Positions 1-9,362 are shown, counted from the stretch's first letter. The stretch: 24,000 bases of DNA from Porcipelethomonas ammoniilytica (GCF_025567485.1 NZ_JAOQKH010000002.1:70949-94948); one strand, 5' to 3'. Made by a program: numbers and translations. Notes: a model not told the origin generated them from the letters alone.

Positions 1-857
1 CGATAAGAATATTTCCGACAAAAGTTTTTATGTAATGCGAATCCTCAAAAAGCAATGACATATATTCAGGAATATCCGACCATTCACCATAAAGCGTTCC
101 ATTACTTATATAGTATGCCAATTGGATTCCGTCGCCGAGGAATTGTGCAAAGACAACGCATATTATAACAAGCAAAGCCATAATTGGAATTACTGATTTT
201 TTTACTTTTCCGCCAAACATGGTATACCCTTTAACTATTGCTGCACCTATAAGTGCACCCAGCCAGCCTACGAACCAGCCCAAAGCGTAAACGACAGCCC
301 ACGGAATAGCTGAAACCAATCCGAAAATAACACTGCCTAAAAGACCTTTTCCGGCGTTTGATTCAGAATTTTTAAATTCCTCTTCTTCGGCTTTAACATT
401 GTTAATAAGTGCCTGTGCACATGCACTGTGCATACAGACTGCGTGACCGCCCAGAAGTTTTTTTACTTCGTCTCCCTGCATAGGATTACCGCATTCAGGA
501 CAAATACTTTCCGGTGCACCAGAAGCTGCTACTATTGGCATAAACCAGTCAATAAAAGGTTCAAGACGCTTCATTATTCCCATTGAAACTACAAATCCTA
601 TGCTGATATAACTGTCGTTTACGTCTATAAAATCTATTTTGTACTGCTTCTGAGCGTTTGCGCTGTTTAATGCTTCAAGGATCTTACTTTTTACATCTTG
701 GTTGATAACCGTTGAAATGTACAGTTCCCTTATCATTCTGCCGTTGTTAATATCCCTCAGTGTAACAGTATAGCCGTTTAAAATGCCGTAGCAAATGTTA
801 TGTGAAATTTTCATTCCCTTTTTAACAGCCAATTTTTTTAAATCTGAATTTACCACC
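1..857 (-). CDS. Membrane protein with N-terminal cytoplasmic domain and internal zinc-ribbon-like motif; C-terminus runs off the window
   Basis: Absent from the ORF track, but the reverse strand is open from a GTG (857-855) or TTG (860-858) after GGAGGG (870-865) to the window edge. The translation begins VVNSDLKKLAVKKGMKISHNICYGILNGYTVTLRD, contains ICPECGNPMQGDEVKKLLGGHAVCMHSAC, and then hydrophobic segments (GLLGSVIFGLVSAIPWAVVYALGWFVGWLGALIGAA). Confidence 0.75.
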
Positions 858-933
858 AATAATCCCTCCATTATTTTAATATATTTATATTAACACATTT
901 TAATAAATATGTCAATATTCGACATTAAAATAA

Positions 934-976
934 AAAAAGAACATCTTCATAATCGCTTATAAAGACGTTCTTTTTA
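934..976 (-). terminator. Rho-independent terminator downstream of the ferredoxin gene
   Basis: Reverse strand GAACGTCTTTTATAAGCGATTATGAAGATGTTC followed by TTTTTTTT. Confidence 0.7.
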
Positions 977-985
977 TAAATAGAA

Positions 986-1222
<237 letters not shown>

Positions 1223-1321
1223 TTAAAAAAAAGCAAGAGTTTTTTTAAAATTGATGATTGACAAATTCTTTATAAAGGTATACTATAAAAAAGGTAATTT
1301 TAAAGTTAAGGGTGATATAAA

Positions 1322-2119
1322 ATGATCATAGATTTTCATACGCATGCGTTTTCTGAAAAAATCGTAGAGAAGGCAATGAGTAAGCTAACAGCTACTTCAG
1401 GTATGAAGCCGTATACAGACGGAACAGTAAACGGACTTCTTGAAATAATGAATAATTCGGGAGTTGATAAATCGGTAGTTCTGCCTATTGCTACGAAACC
1501 GTCTCAGCAGAGGATTGTAAATAGTTGGGCAAAGGAGATAATGTCCGACAAAATATATGCTTTTGGGAGCGTGCATCCTGATGCAGAGGACGCTCTTGAA
1601 GAACTTGACAGAATAAAAGAATCGGGGCTTTACGGTGTTAAGCTGCATCCGGATTATCAGAATTTTTTTGCTGATGATGAGAAGGCATTTCCCATATATC
1701 AAAAATGTTCTGATCTTGGTCTTATGATCGTTTTTCATGGAGGCTATGATCCAATGTGCGATGTTATTCATGGTAGTCCTAAAGCATTTGCAGAAATTCA
1801 TAAGAAATTTCCGGATCTTACTATGGTACTTGCTCATCTGGGAGGAATGTACCGCTGGGAACAGACTGAACGTATTATTGCCGGAACAGACGGTAATGTT
1901 TATCTTGATGTAAGCTGTATTGCAGGAGAAATCGGACAGGATATTCTGAAAAGAATTATTGAAAAGCATGGTACAGATAGAATCTTATTTGCCAGCGATT
2001 GTCCGTGGGATGATCCGGCAAATGAAATAAAAATGATTAACGCTTTGGATATTTCTCAGGAGGATAAGGAAAAAATATTTTATAAAAATGCTGCCGGACT
2101 GCTGGGAATAAAGTGCTAA
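1322..2119 (+). CDS. Amidohydrolase family 2 / TIM-barrel metal-dependent hydrolase
   Basis: N-terminal MIIDFHTHAF metal-binding motif, VKLHPDYQ, FHGGYDP, LAHLGG, LFASDCPWDDP; AGGGTG RBS upstream. Confidence 0.88.
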   Translation: MIIDFHTHAFSEKIVEKAMSKLTATSGMKPYTDGTVNGLLEIMNNSGVDKSVVLPIATKPSQQRIVNSWAKEIMSDKIYAFGSVHPDAEDALEELDRIKESGLYGVKLHPDYQNFFADDEKAFPIYQKCSDLGLMIVFHGGYDPMCDVIHGSPKAFAEIHKKFPDLTMVLAHLGGMYRWEQTERIIAGTDGNVYLDVSCIAGEIGQDILKRIIEKHGTDRILFASDCPWDDPANEIKMINALDISQEDKEKIFYKNAAGLLGIKC

Positions 2120-2138
2120 AACGACCTTTTTTATACTA

Positions 2139-2167
2139 TTGACTAATTATTTTTATTATGTTAAAAT
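2139..2167 (+). promoter_or_regulatory. Predicted sigma-A-type promoter for the 2202 lipoprotein gene
   Basis: TTGACT (2139-2144), 17 bp spacer, TAAAAT (2162-2167). Confidence 0.6.
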
Positions 2168-2201
2168 ATCTCTATACATTATTGATTAAAGGAGATTCCA
2201 A

Positions 2202-2861
2202 ATGAAAAGATTTTTTACGGGTATTATAGCGTCGATCGTTGTAGCCGCTGCTTTTACAGGATGTAATGAAGTGAAAAAAGAAAATTATGTTACCTATAGT
2301 ACTTCTGACAGCTCAAGCGTTCAGCAGAATAGTAATGATAATACAGATACTGATTATCCTGAAACCGCCGATTGGTCAACGCTTACATTTGGTATAGATT
2401 CAGTTTTTTATACGCCGGAATTTAATTACAAGGATCTTACTGATATAGGTTGGTCCTTTGACCCCTCTAATTATGGATTAGAGGATTGTACCTTGAATTC
2501 TGAGATTAGATTATCATGCGATGTTTATTTGAATCATGAGGGCGTTGACGAGGGCGTATTGGCAGTTGGATTTGCAAACGTCGGTCAGGAAGAGGTTCCG
2601 CTTGCAGATTGTCAGATATGGGCTGTAAAGGTTGAAATAAAGGATAAGACAAATTATCCTCAGTTTGCAGTTCCCGGTAACGTAAAATGGAATGCGTCAA
2701 TAGATGACGTCAAAGGGGCACTGGGGGAACCGTCTGAATCAAACCGTGACGAATCGCAGGGTTCTACAGAATTGATTTACAATAAGGACGGAGCATATAT
2801 AGTTCATTATTATGTCTATGACGACGGCGGAATGATGAAATTCTGGATTGAAAAGTATTAA
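2202..2861 (+). CDS. Hypothetical secreted lipoprotein, 219 aa
   Basis: Signal peptide and lipobox MKRFFTGIIASIVVAAAFTGC, low-complexity linker, RBS GGAG. Confidence 0.75.
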   Translation: MKRFFTGIIASIVVAAAFTGCNEVKKENYVTYSTSDSSSVQQNSNDNTDTDYPETADWSTLTFGIDSVFYTPEFNYKDLTDIGWSFDPSNYGLEDCTLNSEIRLSCDVYLNHEGVDEGVLAVGFANVGQEEVPLADCQIWAVKVEIKDKTNYPQFAVPGNVKWNASIDDVKGALGEPSESNRDESQGSTELIYNKDGAYIVHYYVYDDGGMMKFWIEKY

Positions 2862-2865
2862 AATT

Positions 2866-2903
2866 AAATGGAACGCTTTTTATTGAAAGGCGTTCCATTT
2901 TTA
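2866..2903. terminator. Bidirectional terminator between convergent genes
   Basis: AAATGGAACGC ... GCGTTCCATTT (11 bp stem) with T run on the plus strand. Confidence 0.8.
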
Positions 2904-2909
2904 TTGATT

Positions 2910-3515
2910 TCAGCTTTCGTATTTTCTTACCCGCAAAGGAATACTCAGTTTATCGGCGATTTCCTGAGCTGCTGCAATTTCTTCGCTGCCGATTACGTCA
3001 ACTACTGTAAAAACAACTGTTTTAACATACTTTTTGCAGTCGATAGCAAATCTTTGCATTGCTTCAAAGGATTTATCGCCGAATGAAGGACGTGTGACTT
3101 TTAAATATTCTTCCTTTGTTCCTGCATTCAGGCTTATTGAAACAATGTCGCAAAGTCCTTGAAGCTTATAAGCAACAGGTTTGCCGTGAATAAGGTCGGC
3201 TAAGCCGTTGGTGTTTAATCTTATTGGAGGACCGTCGTTTTTCTTTATAAATGACGCTGCGGCAGTCAAGGAGTCAAGTCTTTCAGTAGGTTCGCCGTAT
3301 CCGCAGAAAACTATTTCTTTATAATTTTTGAAATTGTGTTCTTTCAGCGCTTGTATAATTTCCTGATCTGACGGATCATGTTCCAGCCACAGACTGTCTG
3401 AGCCGTATGCGCCGTCGCCGTTATTTCTGATACAAAAGGTACAGCTGCATGGACATTTGTTTGTCAGATTAACGTATAAATTATTTCCTACCTCATATAC
3501 TATTGTCATAGCCAT
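2910..3515 (-). CDS. Small radical SAM protein resembling the TatD-associated radical SAM family
   Basis: MTIVYEVGNNLYVNLTNKCPCSCTFCIRNN with a CxxxCxxC cluster motif, GYGEPTERLD, RLNTNGLAD. 201 aa. Confidence 0.85.
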   Translation of the reverse strand: MAMTIVYEVGNNLYVNLTNKCPCSCTFCIRNNGDGAYGSDSLWLEHDPSDQEIIQALKEHNFKNYKEIVFCGYGEPTERLDSLTAAASFIKKNDGPPIRLNTNGLADLIHGKPVAYKLQGLCDIVSISLNAGTKEEYLKVTRPSFGDKSFEAMQRFAIDCKKYVKTVVFTVVDVIGSEEIAAAQEIADKLSIPLRVRKYES

Positions 3516-3543
3516 AATAATTTTTTCCTTTCTGTTTTAAGAT

Positions 3544-3573
3544 AAAGGACGGCATAAAGCCGTCCTTTTTTAT
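3544..3573 (-). terminator. Terminator near the 3' end of the YfhO-like gene
   Basis: AAAGGACGGC-ATAAA-GCCGTCCTTT perfect 10 bp stem (3544-3568). It lies between two minus-strand genes; the T run is more evident on the plus strand. Confidence 0.6.
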
Positions 3574-6548
3574 CTTTTCTTTTTCTTTTTGCCGTTTTTA
3601 TTTTTAGAATTGTTTTTTGCAGAAGCAGTATTAATATTAGTTCCCTTATTTACTGTTTTTATTTCAGATTTTTGATTTTCGGATTTATTTTCTGATGAAA
3701 CAACAGTCGGATACATTTTTGCACGGTATCTTTCAATAAGAATTTTATTGTTCTTTTTATCATATCTGTAAACAAATACAATACAGATGATACCGATCAG
3801 CAATGCGCCGAATCCGGGAATAAGTCCCGGAGGAGTATAAGTCATTTCAACAGTATGATCTCCCGGTTCAAGTTCAATACCTATAAGCGCTTTTACCAGA
3901 CAGATAGGCTCGACCTTTTTGCCGTCGACCTTTATTGTCCAGCCGTCCTCGTAAGGAATGCTTGTCATCATTATCTGATTTTCTCCGGCAGTAATTGTAC
4001 CCTTAAGATGGCGGCCGCCGTATTCGGTTAAATTCCACTGATTCTGCTTGATTTTATCTATATCCTGCTGGAAAAGTTCCTCGTCAAAGGTGTAGAACTG
4101 GAAATCCTGTACGACTGTATATTCGTTTGCGACAGTCATTCTGAGTTCAAATTCCTGTCCTGGGGCGACATCTCCCAGATATGAGCTGAGATTAATAGTA
4201 TGATAGTCATGATTTTCAAAATATGCACTTACGAATCTGTGGTTAATATATTCACCGTTTTCATCTTTTTCGGTACTTAGCCACAGGTTAACTGATTTCT
4301 GGACTTCAGTATTTAAGAACATATAAATAGGTTCTTCCGACGGAACGGTAATATGCATATTTACTGTAGGATCTCCCTCGCCGGCAGTATACATTGTCTG
4401 CTCTGCCGTTGCTGTGTTGTAAGGGGAAGTTGTAACGTTATTTAAAATAAATGAGTTGGGGTCAACGTCAATTCTTTTGAAGTATTCATGGTAGCTGTCA
4501 AATGTTCCTTCATTAAGATTTATGTCGGTATATCCGGCAATTGTACTCATAAAAATATTTTGACTTGTAAAAATATTGCCGTTTCCAAGCTTTTCAACAT
4601 ATCTTATATTTGAATCGGACATATAACCCAGCGCCAGCGCATTAGGATTCTGATAAACGTCAATTACAGTATCTTTGCCGTTTTCATCAACATAGTTATA
4701 GGCGAAAACAGGTTCATACGATTCATTGGTAAGGCGAACTGCATTATCATCTCCTACGGTATTTCTGTCCATGGAGTATTTAATACCGAGAAGAGAATCG
4801 GAAATAGGTGTATTTCCGTCATATCTGGTATAATATGTACTTGCTGAATATCCAAGGGCTTCTATAAATTTAAGAAGCGGAGCGTTCATAACGGAGCTTG
4901 AATGGCTGATGCCTCTGAGTCCGAAAGCGGAATTATCGTTTACTGTTCTGTGGAAGGTTTTTTCAGCTCTGTAAAAGCTTGGGTCATAATTATAGAGCTG
5001 CTGGGTAACTTCACGTCCGTTATTTATAAAATTATACCATGACGTATGAGTTGAATATATAAGATCGGCATCTTCATCTTTAAAAGTATTGTAGCTGTTG
5101 TAAATAAGTTCCCCGCCTGATACGGCTAGAATTATAACAGGGGCGGTTACTGCCATAAGTTTTTCCTTGTTTCTGAATGCGATTATGATAAGGCAGTAAA
5201 CCACAGCCAATACTCCGGCTATAACTATTTCAGTTGTTGTGAGATGTTCTGATTTTCTGGATACGGCTATTGCAAGGAACGCTATAACACAGAACAGCGA
5301 ACCTCCGATACCGGAAGCCTTGATTCCGTCAAGCTTTGAAAACGCCGCCGCACCCATAAGGAGCAATACGAAGGAGAAAGTAAAGGAGTATCGGAACGGC
5401 AGCCAGTTAGGAACCTGAAAACCGTGCCATATAATGTCCAGAGGACGAATGTACATGCTTAAGAAAAGTACTGCAAGAAGTGCGGAATATCCGATTTTTT
5501 TGTTAAGTGAAATTTTATTGTTCAGATAAAAAATCGGGAGCAGTAAAACGGTAAGCATACCGCAGTAAATTTCCGGCAGTCCTTCAGTATCTACAGTATC
5601 ATACTGTGCTGGAAGCAGCTGAGGTAAGAAGTTCAGCGGCGAGAACTGTGTTGCAAATGAGAAATCCGGAGTTGAGAATTCAAATTTACCAAGCTGAAGA
5701 GCTTTGTAAACCGGGATTATCATGAATGCCGAACACAATAGAGCAACGCCTGTACTTCCGGCAAAGCGCAGGAAAGTTTTCCAGTAATCATTGGCTTTAA
5801 ATTTTCTGCCGATTTCATTTCTTCCTGAAAAGATATAGAAAACAAAATAAAGAAATGTGAAAATACCTACGATATATCCGATATAGAAGTTGGAAATAAA
5901 CATAATTGCCAGAGGAATTATGAAATTCAGCTTTCTTCCGTCATCTACAAGATATTCAACCCCAAGTATAATAAGAGGCAGCAGAAAAACGCCGTCTAAC
6001 CACATAGGGTTCATAGCCTGAATTACTCCGTAAGCGCAAAGTGCATAAAGAGTGGAGAATATAACAGTCTGAAGCGGAGGCATTTTCTTTGATTTTTGCA
6101 GATAATAACTGAAAGTTACCCCTGCTGTACCCAGTTTTGCAAGTATCATTATCTGTAAGCTGCCCAACAGCATAGTTCTTGGAAGAAGCATTACAATAAG
6201 AGTAAACGGACTTGCAAGGTAGTAACCGATAATTCCGATATAGCCTCCTGAAAGGTTTCTGGACCAGTTGTATAGAATACTTTCTTCTCCCCAGAATGCA
6301 TCACGGAGAGCTTCAAAGTAATAAACATACTGACCGTTAAGGTCTAAAACCAAGACCGATTCCTCACCGAAAGGATAAACTTTAAACATAGCGTATGCGA
6401 TATACATTATAATTACAGGTATAGCAAACGCCAGAAAATATAATTTGTTTCGGATAAACCAGCCGCCCAGAAAGCTGAAAAAGTTTTTGAAAGACAATTT
6501 TTCTTTTGGGACTGACGGTTTATTTTTTGCTGTAGATAAACCAGCCAT
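3570..6548 (-). CDS. YfhO-family multi-pass membrane protein (putative surface polymer glycosylation/modification)
   Basis: 992 aa with many TM segments, LNGQYVYYFEALRDAFWGEESILYNWSRNLSGGYIGIIGYYLASPFTLI, and C-terminal soluble region EDGWTIKVDGKK typical of YfhO. Confidence 0.88.
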   Translation of the reverse strand: MAGLSTAKNKPSVPKEKLSFKNFFSFLGGWFIRNKLYFLAFAIPVIIMYIAYAMFKVYPFGEESVLVLDLNGQYVYYFEALRDAFWGEESILYNWSRNLSGGYIGIIGYYLASPFTLIVMLLPRTMLLGSLQIMILAKLGTAGVTFSYYLQKSKKMPPLQTVIFSTLYALCAYGVIQAMNPMWLDGVFLLPLIILGVEYLVDDGRKLNFIIPLAIMFISNFYIGYIVGIFTFLYFVFYIFSGRNEIGRKFKANDYWKTFLRFAGSTGVALLCSAFMIIPVYKALQLGKFEFSTPDFSFATQFSPLNFLPQLLPAQYDTVDTEGLPEIYCGMLTVLLLPIFYLNNKISLNKKIGYSALLAVLFLSMYIRPLDIIWHGFQVPNWLPFRYSFTFSFVLLLMGAAAFSKLDGIKASGIGGSLFCVIAFLAIAVSRKSEHLTTTEIVIAGVLAVVYCLIIIAFRNKEKLMAVTAPVIILAVSGGELIYNSYNTFKDEDADLIYSTHTSWYNFINNGREVTQQLYNYDPSFYRAEKTFHRTVNDNSAFGLRGISHSSSVMNAPLLKFIEALGYSASTYYTRYDGNTPISDSLLGIKYSMDRNTVGDDNAVRLTNESYEPVFAYNYVDENGKDTVIDVYQNPNALALGYMSDSNIRYVEKLGNGNIFTSQNIFMSTIAGYTDINLNEGTFDSYHEYFKRIDVDPNSFILNNVTTSPYNTATAEQTMYTAGEGDPTVNMHITVPSEEPIYMFLNTEVQKSVNLWLSTEKDENGEYINHRFVSAYFENHDYHTINLSSYLGDVAPGQEFELRMTVANEYTVVQDFQFYTFDEELFQQDIDKIKQNQWNLTEYGGRHLKGTITAGENQIMMTSIPYEDGWTIKVDGKKVEPICLVKALIGIELEPGDHTVEMTYTPPGLIPGFGALLIGIICIVFVYRYDKKNNKILIERYRAKMYPTVVSSENKSENQKSEIKTVNKGTNINTASAKNNSKNKNGKKKKKR

Positions 6549-6680
6549 TTTGTTCCTCCTTATTTTTTACAGCCAACGGCTGAAATTCATAGATATTAAC
6601 TATTATACAATATTTTTGTTCATTTTACAATAGGAAATGAAAAAATCTACAAAAATTATAACAAATAAACTGGTTTTTTA

Positions 6681-8345
6681 TCATTTTAGATTGCATATTT
6701 CCATAAATCTATTTAACGCATCTTCATTATACTGTGCATAATCAACATTCATCGGCTTTATTTTACCGTTTACAAACATGTTTATGCCGGAAAGTATTCC
6801 CTCAATATCGTCAGGCACGAGCAGTCCGCCGTGTTCTTTCATAAATCCTCTCGGACCGTCAATGTCTGTTGCAAAAACAGGAATGCCTAAAGTGTCTGCT
6901 TCAAGCAGAACCAGACCCAGTCCTTCGTATCTGGACGGCAGCATAAATAAATCGCATTTATTCAGTACAGGCATAGGATTTTCCATTGATTTGATAAGAA
7001 TAATTTCAGCTTTGCAGCTTTCGGCGTATTTCAGCGTTTCTTCGTAAAGCTCTCCTCTGCCGCCGATAATAATAAGACAGCTTTCTGAATGACTTTTATA
7101 AAATTCCTCAAAGGCGTCTATAAGACGTATATGTGCTTTTTCTGTGGAAAAGCGTCCTATTGTTATAAATTTCAGTTTTTCGGACGCAAGTAAATCCTGA
7201 AGCTGTTCCAAAGTTACATTTGATTCCGTTTCCTGCTGAAATTCTATGGGAAGACGTGATTTTTCCAGTACTCTCTCATAATTGTGGCAGTTTGGGACAA
7301 CAGTGAAATTTTCACCGTTTCCGCCGCTGATTTCCAGTGCGGAGCGGCGCATGTCCTCTGTTACAAGCGCAACAGTATCGTATTCACGGTACGCTTTTTG
7401 CAATGTTTTATAATGTTGATTTTTTCTTAAATTTATTTCCTCGGTCATATTGTTGTGCACATATATGATGCGTTTTCCCTCAAAACATCTGAACATATTT
7501 ATAACGCCGTATTCATATCCCGTAAACTGAATAGCGCAGCTGACATCTGTACTTCCGAAAAGTCTTTTCCATTCTCTTTTATAAAGGCGGTCTATACGGT
7601 TTTCAATAAAACGGTTAGAAATATTAAGTTTAAAGTAAAGTATATAGCATAAAAATTCACTTATTGTATACTGAGTTTTTCCCGACATCGGAATACAATG
7701 AAATTCATTCGGAATCTTTTTGAGATTGTCCGGAGTTTTTCTAACCGACTCTTCACGGTAAGTTATATAAAAATTATCTGAAAGGTTTTTAAGTCCGGAA
7801 AGCAGACTCAGAAGCGAAGCGGTAAGACCGTTTTGAGCAAGAGAGCCGGAGTAAATAAGTGTTCGATTTTCATTTTTATAAATACATTTTCCTTTTGGGT
7901 TGTTGCCGCTGAGAATTTTATTAACGGTTTCCGAACCGCCGTTTATAACAGTACCTTTATAAATACCGTTAAGCTGAAAGTTTTTTATTATTTCCGCTTC
8001 TGTTTTGCAGTCAGGACAGATAATGTAATCCGACATCAGAAGTGTTCTCTGCATTTTTCCGAAGAAAACGGAACTCTCATATTTGGGTAAGCAGATGATT
8101 TTTTGACCGTCTTTTTTAATAAAAAAGTCCGGAAGAACTCCGGAGGTAATTATAAATTCACAGGAAGAAAGATTTTTAAGAGACATTTTTTTGAAAATCG
8201 TAATATTTTTCAGGCAATCATTTGAAATGTCGCTTTCGCCGTACAGCAATGCAGTTTCTTTGTTTATTTCCTTTTTCAGCATACGCTGATATCGGCTTTG
8301 TAAAAATATACTTTTTAAAAGTACGGATATTGATCTTAAATTCAA
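6681..8345 (-). CDS. Glycosyltransferase, GT4-like (GT-B fold)
   Basis: C-terminal FITIGRFSTEKAHIRLIDAFE, LFMLPSRYEGLGLVLLEADTLGIPVFATDIDGPRGF. The ORF track start at 8387 reads through the repeat palindrome; TTG at 8345, six nt after AGGAG, is the better start. Confidence 0.85.
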   Translation of the reverse strand: MNLRSISVLLKSIFLQSRYQRMLKKEINKETALLYGESDISNDCLKNITIFKKMSLKNLSSCEFIITSGVLPDFFIKKDGQKIICLPKYESSVFFGKMQRTLLMSDYIICPDCKTEAEIIKNFQLNGIYKGTVINGGSETVNKILSGNNPKGKCIYKNENRTLIYSGSLAQNGLTASLLSLLSGLKNLSDNFYITYREESVRKTPDNLKKIPNEFHCIPMSGKTQYTISEFLCYILYFKLNISNRFIENRIDRLYKREWKRLFGSTDVSCAIQFTGYEYGVINMFRCFEGKRIIYVHNNMTEEINLRKNQHYKTLQKAYREYDTVALVTEDMRRSALEISGGNGENFTVVPNCHNYERVLEKSRLPIEFQQETESNVTLEQLQDLLASEKLKFITIGRFSTEKAHIRLIDAFEEFYKSHSESCLIIIGGRGELYEETLKYAESCKAEIILIKSMENPMPVLNKCDLFMLPSRYEGLGLVLLEADTLGIPVFATDIDGPRGFMKEHGGLLVPDDIEGILSGINMFVNGKIKPMNVDYAQYNEDALNRFMEICNLK

Positions 8346-8360
8346 ATTCTGCTCCTTTCT

Positions 8361-8384
8361 CCTACTTTTTTGAAAAAAAGTAGG
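8361..8384. repeat. Palindrome capping the left repeat array
   Basis: CCTACTTTTTTGAAAAAAAGTAGG, near-perfect self-complementary. Confidence 0.85.
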
Positions 8385-8678
8385 CAAAAAACTTTAATAT
8401 CGTTTTTAGTATGATGATATAATGTTGTATAAGGCCCGACAGGTAAGTAAACAGAGGATTAAAGGAAAAAATTTGAAAAAAAGTAGGCAAAAAACTTTAA
8501 TATCGTTTTTAGTATGATGATATAATGTTGTATAAGGCCCGACAGGTAAGTAAACAGAGGATTAAAGGAAAAAATTTGAAAAAAAGTAGGCAAAAAATTT
8601 TAATATCGTTTTTAGTATGATGATATAATGTTGTATAAGGCTCGACAGGTAAGTAAACAGAGAATTGAAGGAAAAATT
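8372..8678. repeat. Left tandem array, three near-identical units of 103/103/101 bp
   Basis: The unit gaaaaaaagtaggcaaaaaactttaatatcgtttttagtatgatgatataatgttgtataaggcccgacaggtaagtaaacagaggattaaaggaaaaaattt starts at 8372, 8475 and 8578. Confidence 0.97.
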
Positions 8679-8703
8679 TGAAAAAAGCTTATAAAACTTT
8701 TCA

Positions 8704-8735
8704 TGTTCATTTCTTGTCTCGCAACAAGAAACGAA
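8704..8735. repeat. Stem-loop sequence
   Basis: GTTC-at-TTCTTGT-ctcgca-ACAAGAA-ac-GAAC. Confidence 0.8.
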
Positions 8736-8749
8736 CCAAAGAAATGCGT

Positions 8750-8781
8750 CCTTTACTTTCTTTCATGTGAAAGAAAGTAAA
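8750..8781. repeat. Perfect 15 bp inverted repeat with 2 nt loop
   Basis: CTTTACTTTCTTTCA-tg-TGAAAGAAAGTAAAG. Confidence 0.9.
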
Positions 8782-8885
8782 GCAAAGAAAAACTTTGTCC
8801 GTCATTTTGATACTGAACTAATTGGTCTCCCAGTAAAAGGCAAGACTTCTCATCTAAAATTCACACCCCAGTAAAATGGCGGCAA

Positions 8886-9230
8886 TTATTTCTTAGTCTT
8901 TTCAATTATTGTATTCACGATTTCGATTCTATCTGAAAAATTTAAGGATTTGAATGCTTTGAGCATTTCTATTTCCATTTCGTCTTTCGCTTCATGTGCT
9001 ACATGATGAATGTCTGTCCTGCCAAGCAAATAATCTACAGAGCAGTCGAGATAATCGGCGATTTTTGCTAAATTATCCGCCTTTGGCATTGAAGTTTTAT
9101 AATTATCAAGAGTTCTGTCTGATATACCAAGGGTATTATACATTTCTTTTTGTTTTATATTTCTATTTTTTAAAATTTCTTTTATTCTTATGGCAACATC
9201 GTTCGATTTATATGCGTTTTCTATAATCAA
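8886..9230 (-). CDS. Xre-family HTH transcriptional regulator
   Basis: IRIKEILKNRNIKQKEMYNTLGISDRTLDNYKTSMPKADNLAKIADYLDCSVDYLLGRTD. TTG start after GAGGTGA. Confidence 0.9.
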   Translation of the reverse strand: MIIENAYKSNDVAIRIKEILKNRNIKQKEMYNTLGISDRTLDNYKTSMPKADNLAKIADYLDCSVDYLLGRTDIHHVAHEAKDEMEIEMLKAFKSLNFSDRIEIVNTIIEKTKK

Positions 9231-9259
9231 TCACCTCTTTTTTTATAATTCATAATTAA

Positions 9260-9288
9260 ATGATAAATTTATCACTTTCGGTTGACAA
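9260..9288 (-). promoter_or_regulatory. Predicted leftward promoter of the 8886..9230 regulator
   Basis: Reverse strand TTGTCA (9288-9283), 17 bp, TATCAT (9265-9260). Confidence 0.65.
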
Positions 9289-9310
9289 TTCGATAAATTT
9301 ATGGTATGAT
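9282..9310 (+). promoter_or_regulatory. Predicted rightward promoter whose -35 overlaps the leftward -35
   Basis: TTGACA (9282-9287), 17 bp, TATGAT (9305-9310). Confidence 0.7.
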
Positions 9311-9362
9311 ATAATAAAGTGATATTTACAAGAATATAAAATCCCATAAAAATGTACAATTA

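Noticed and set aside
1258-1284. Promoter upstream of the amidohydrolase (TTGACA ... TATACT)
   Set aside because: Spacer is only 15 bp, so it was not listed as a confident promoter although it may be functional.
1397-1969. Listed 190 aa minus-strand ORF
   Set aside because: Entirely antisense to the amidohydrolase gene, no RBS, and low-complexity composition with no recognisable motif.
8372-8678. CRISPR array
   Set aside because: The whole ~103 bp unit is conserved with no variable spacers and no cas genes nearby.
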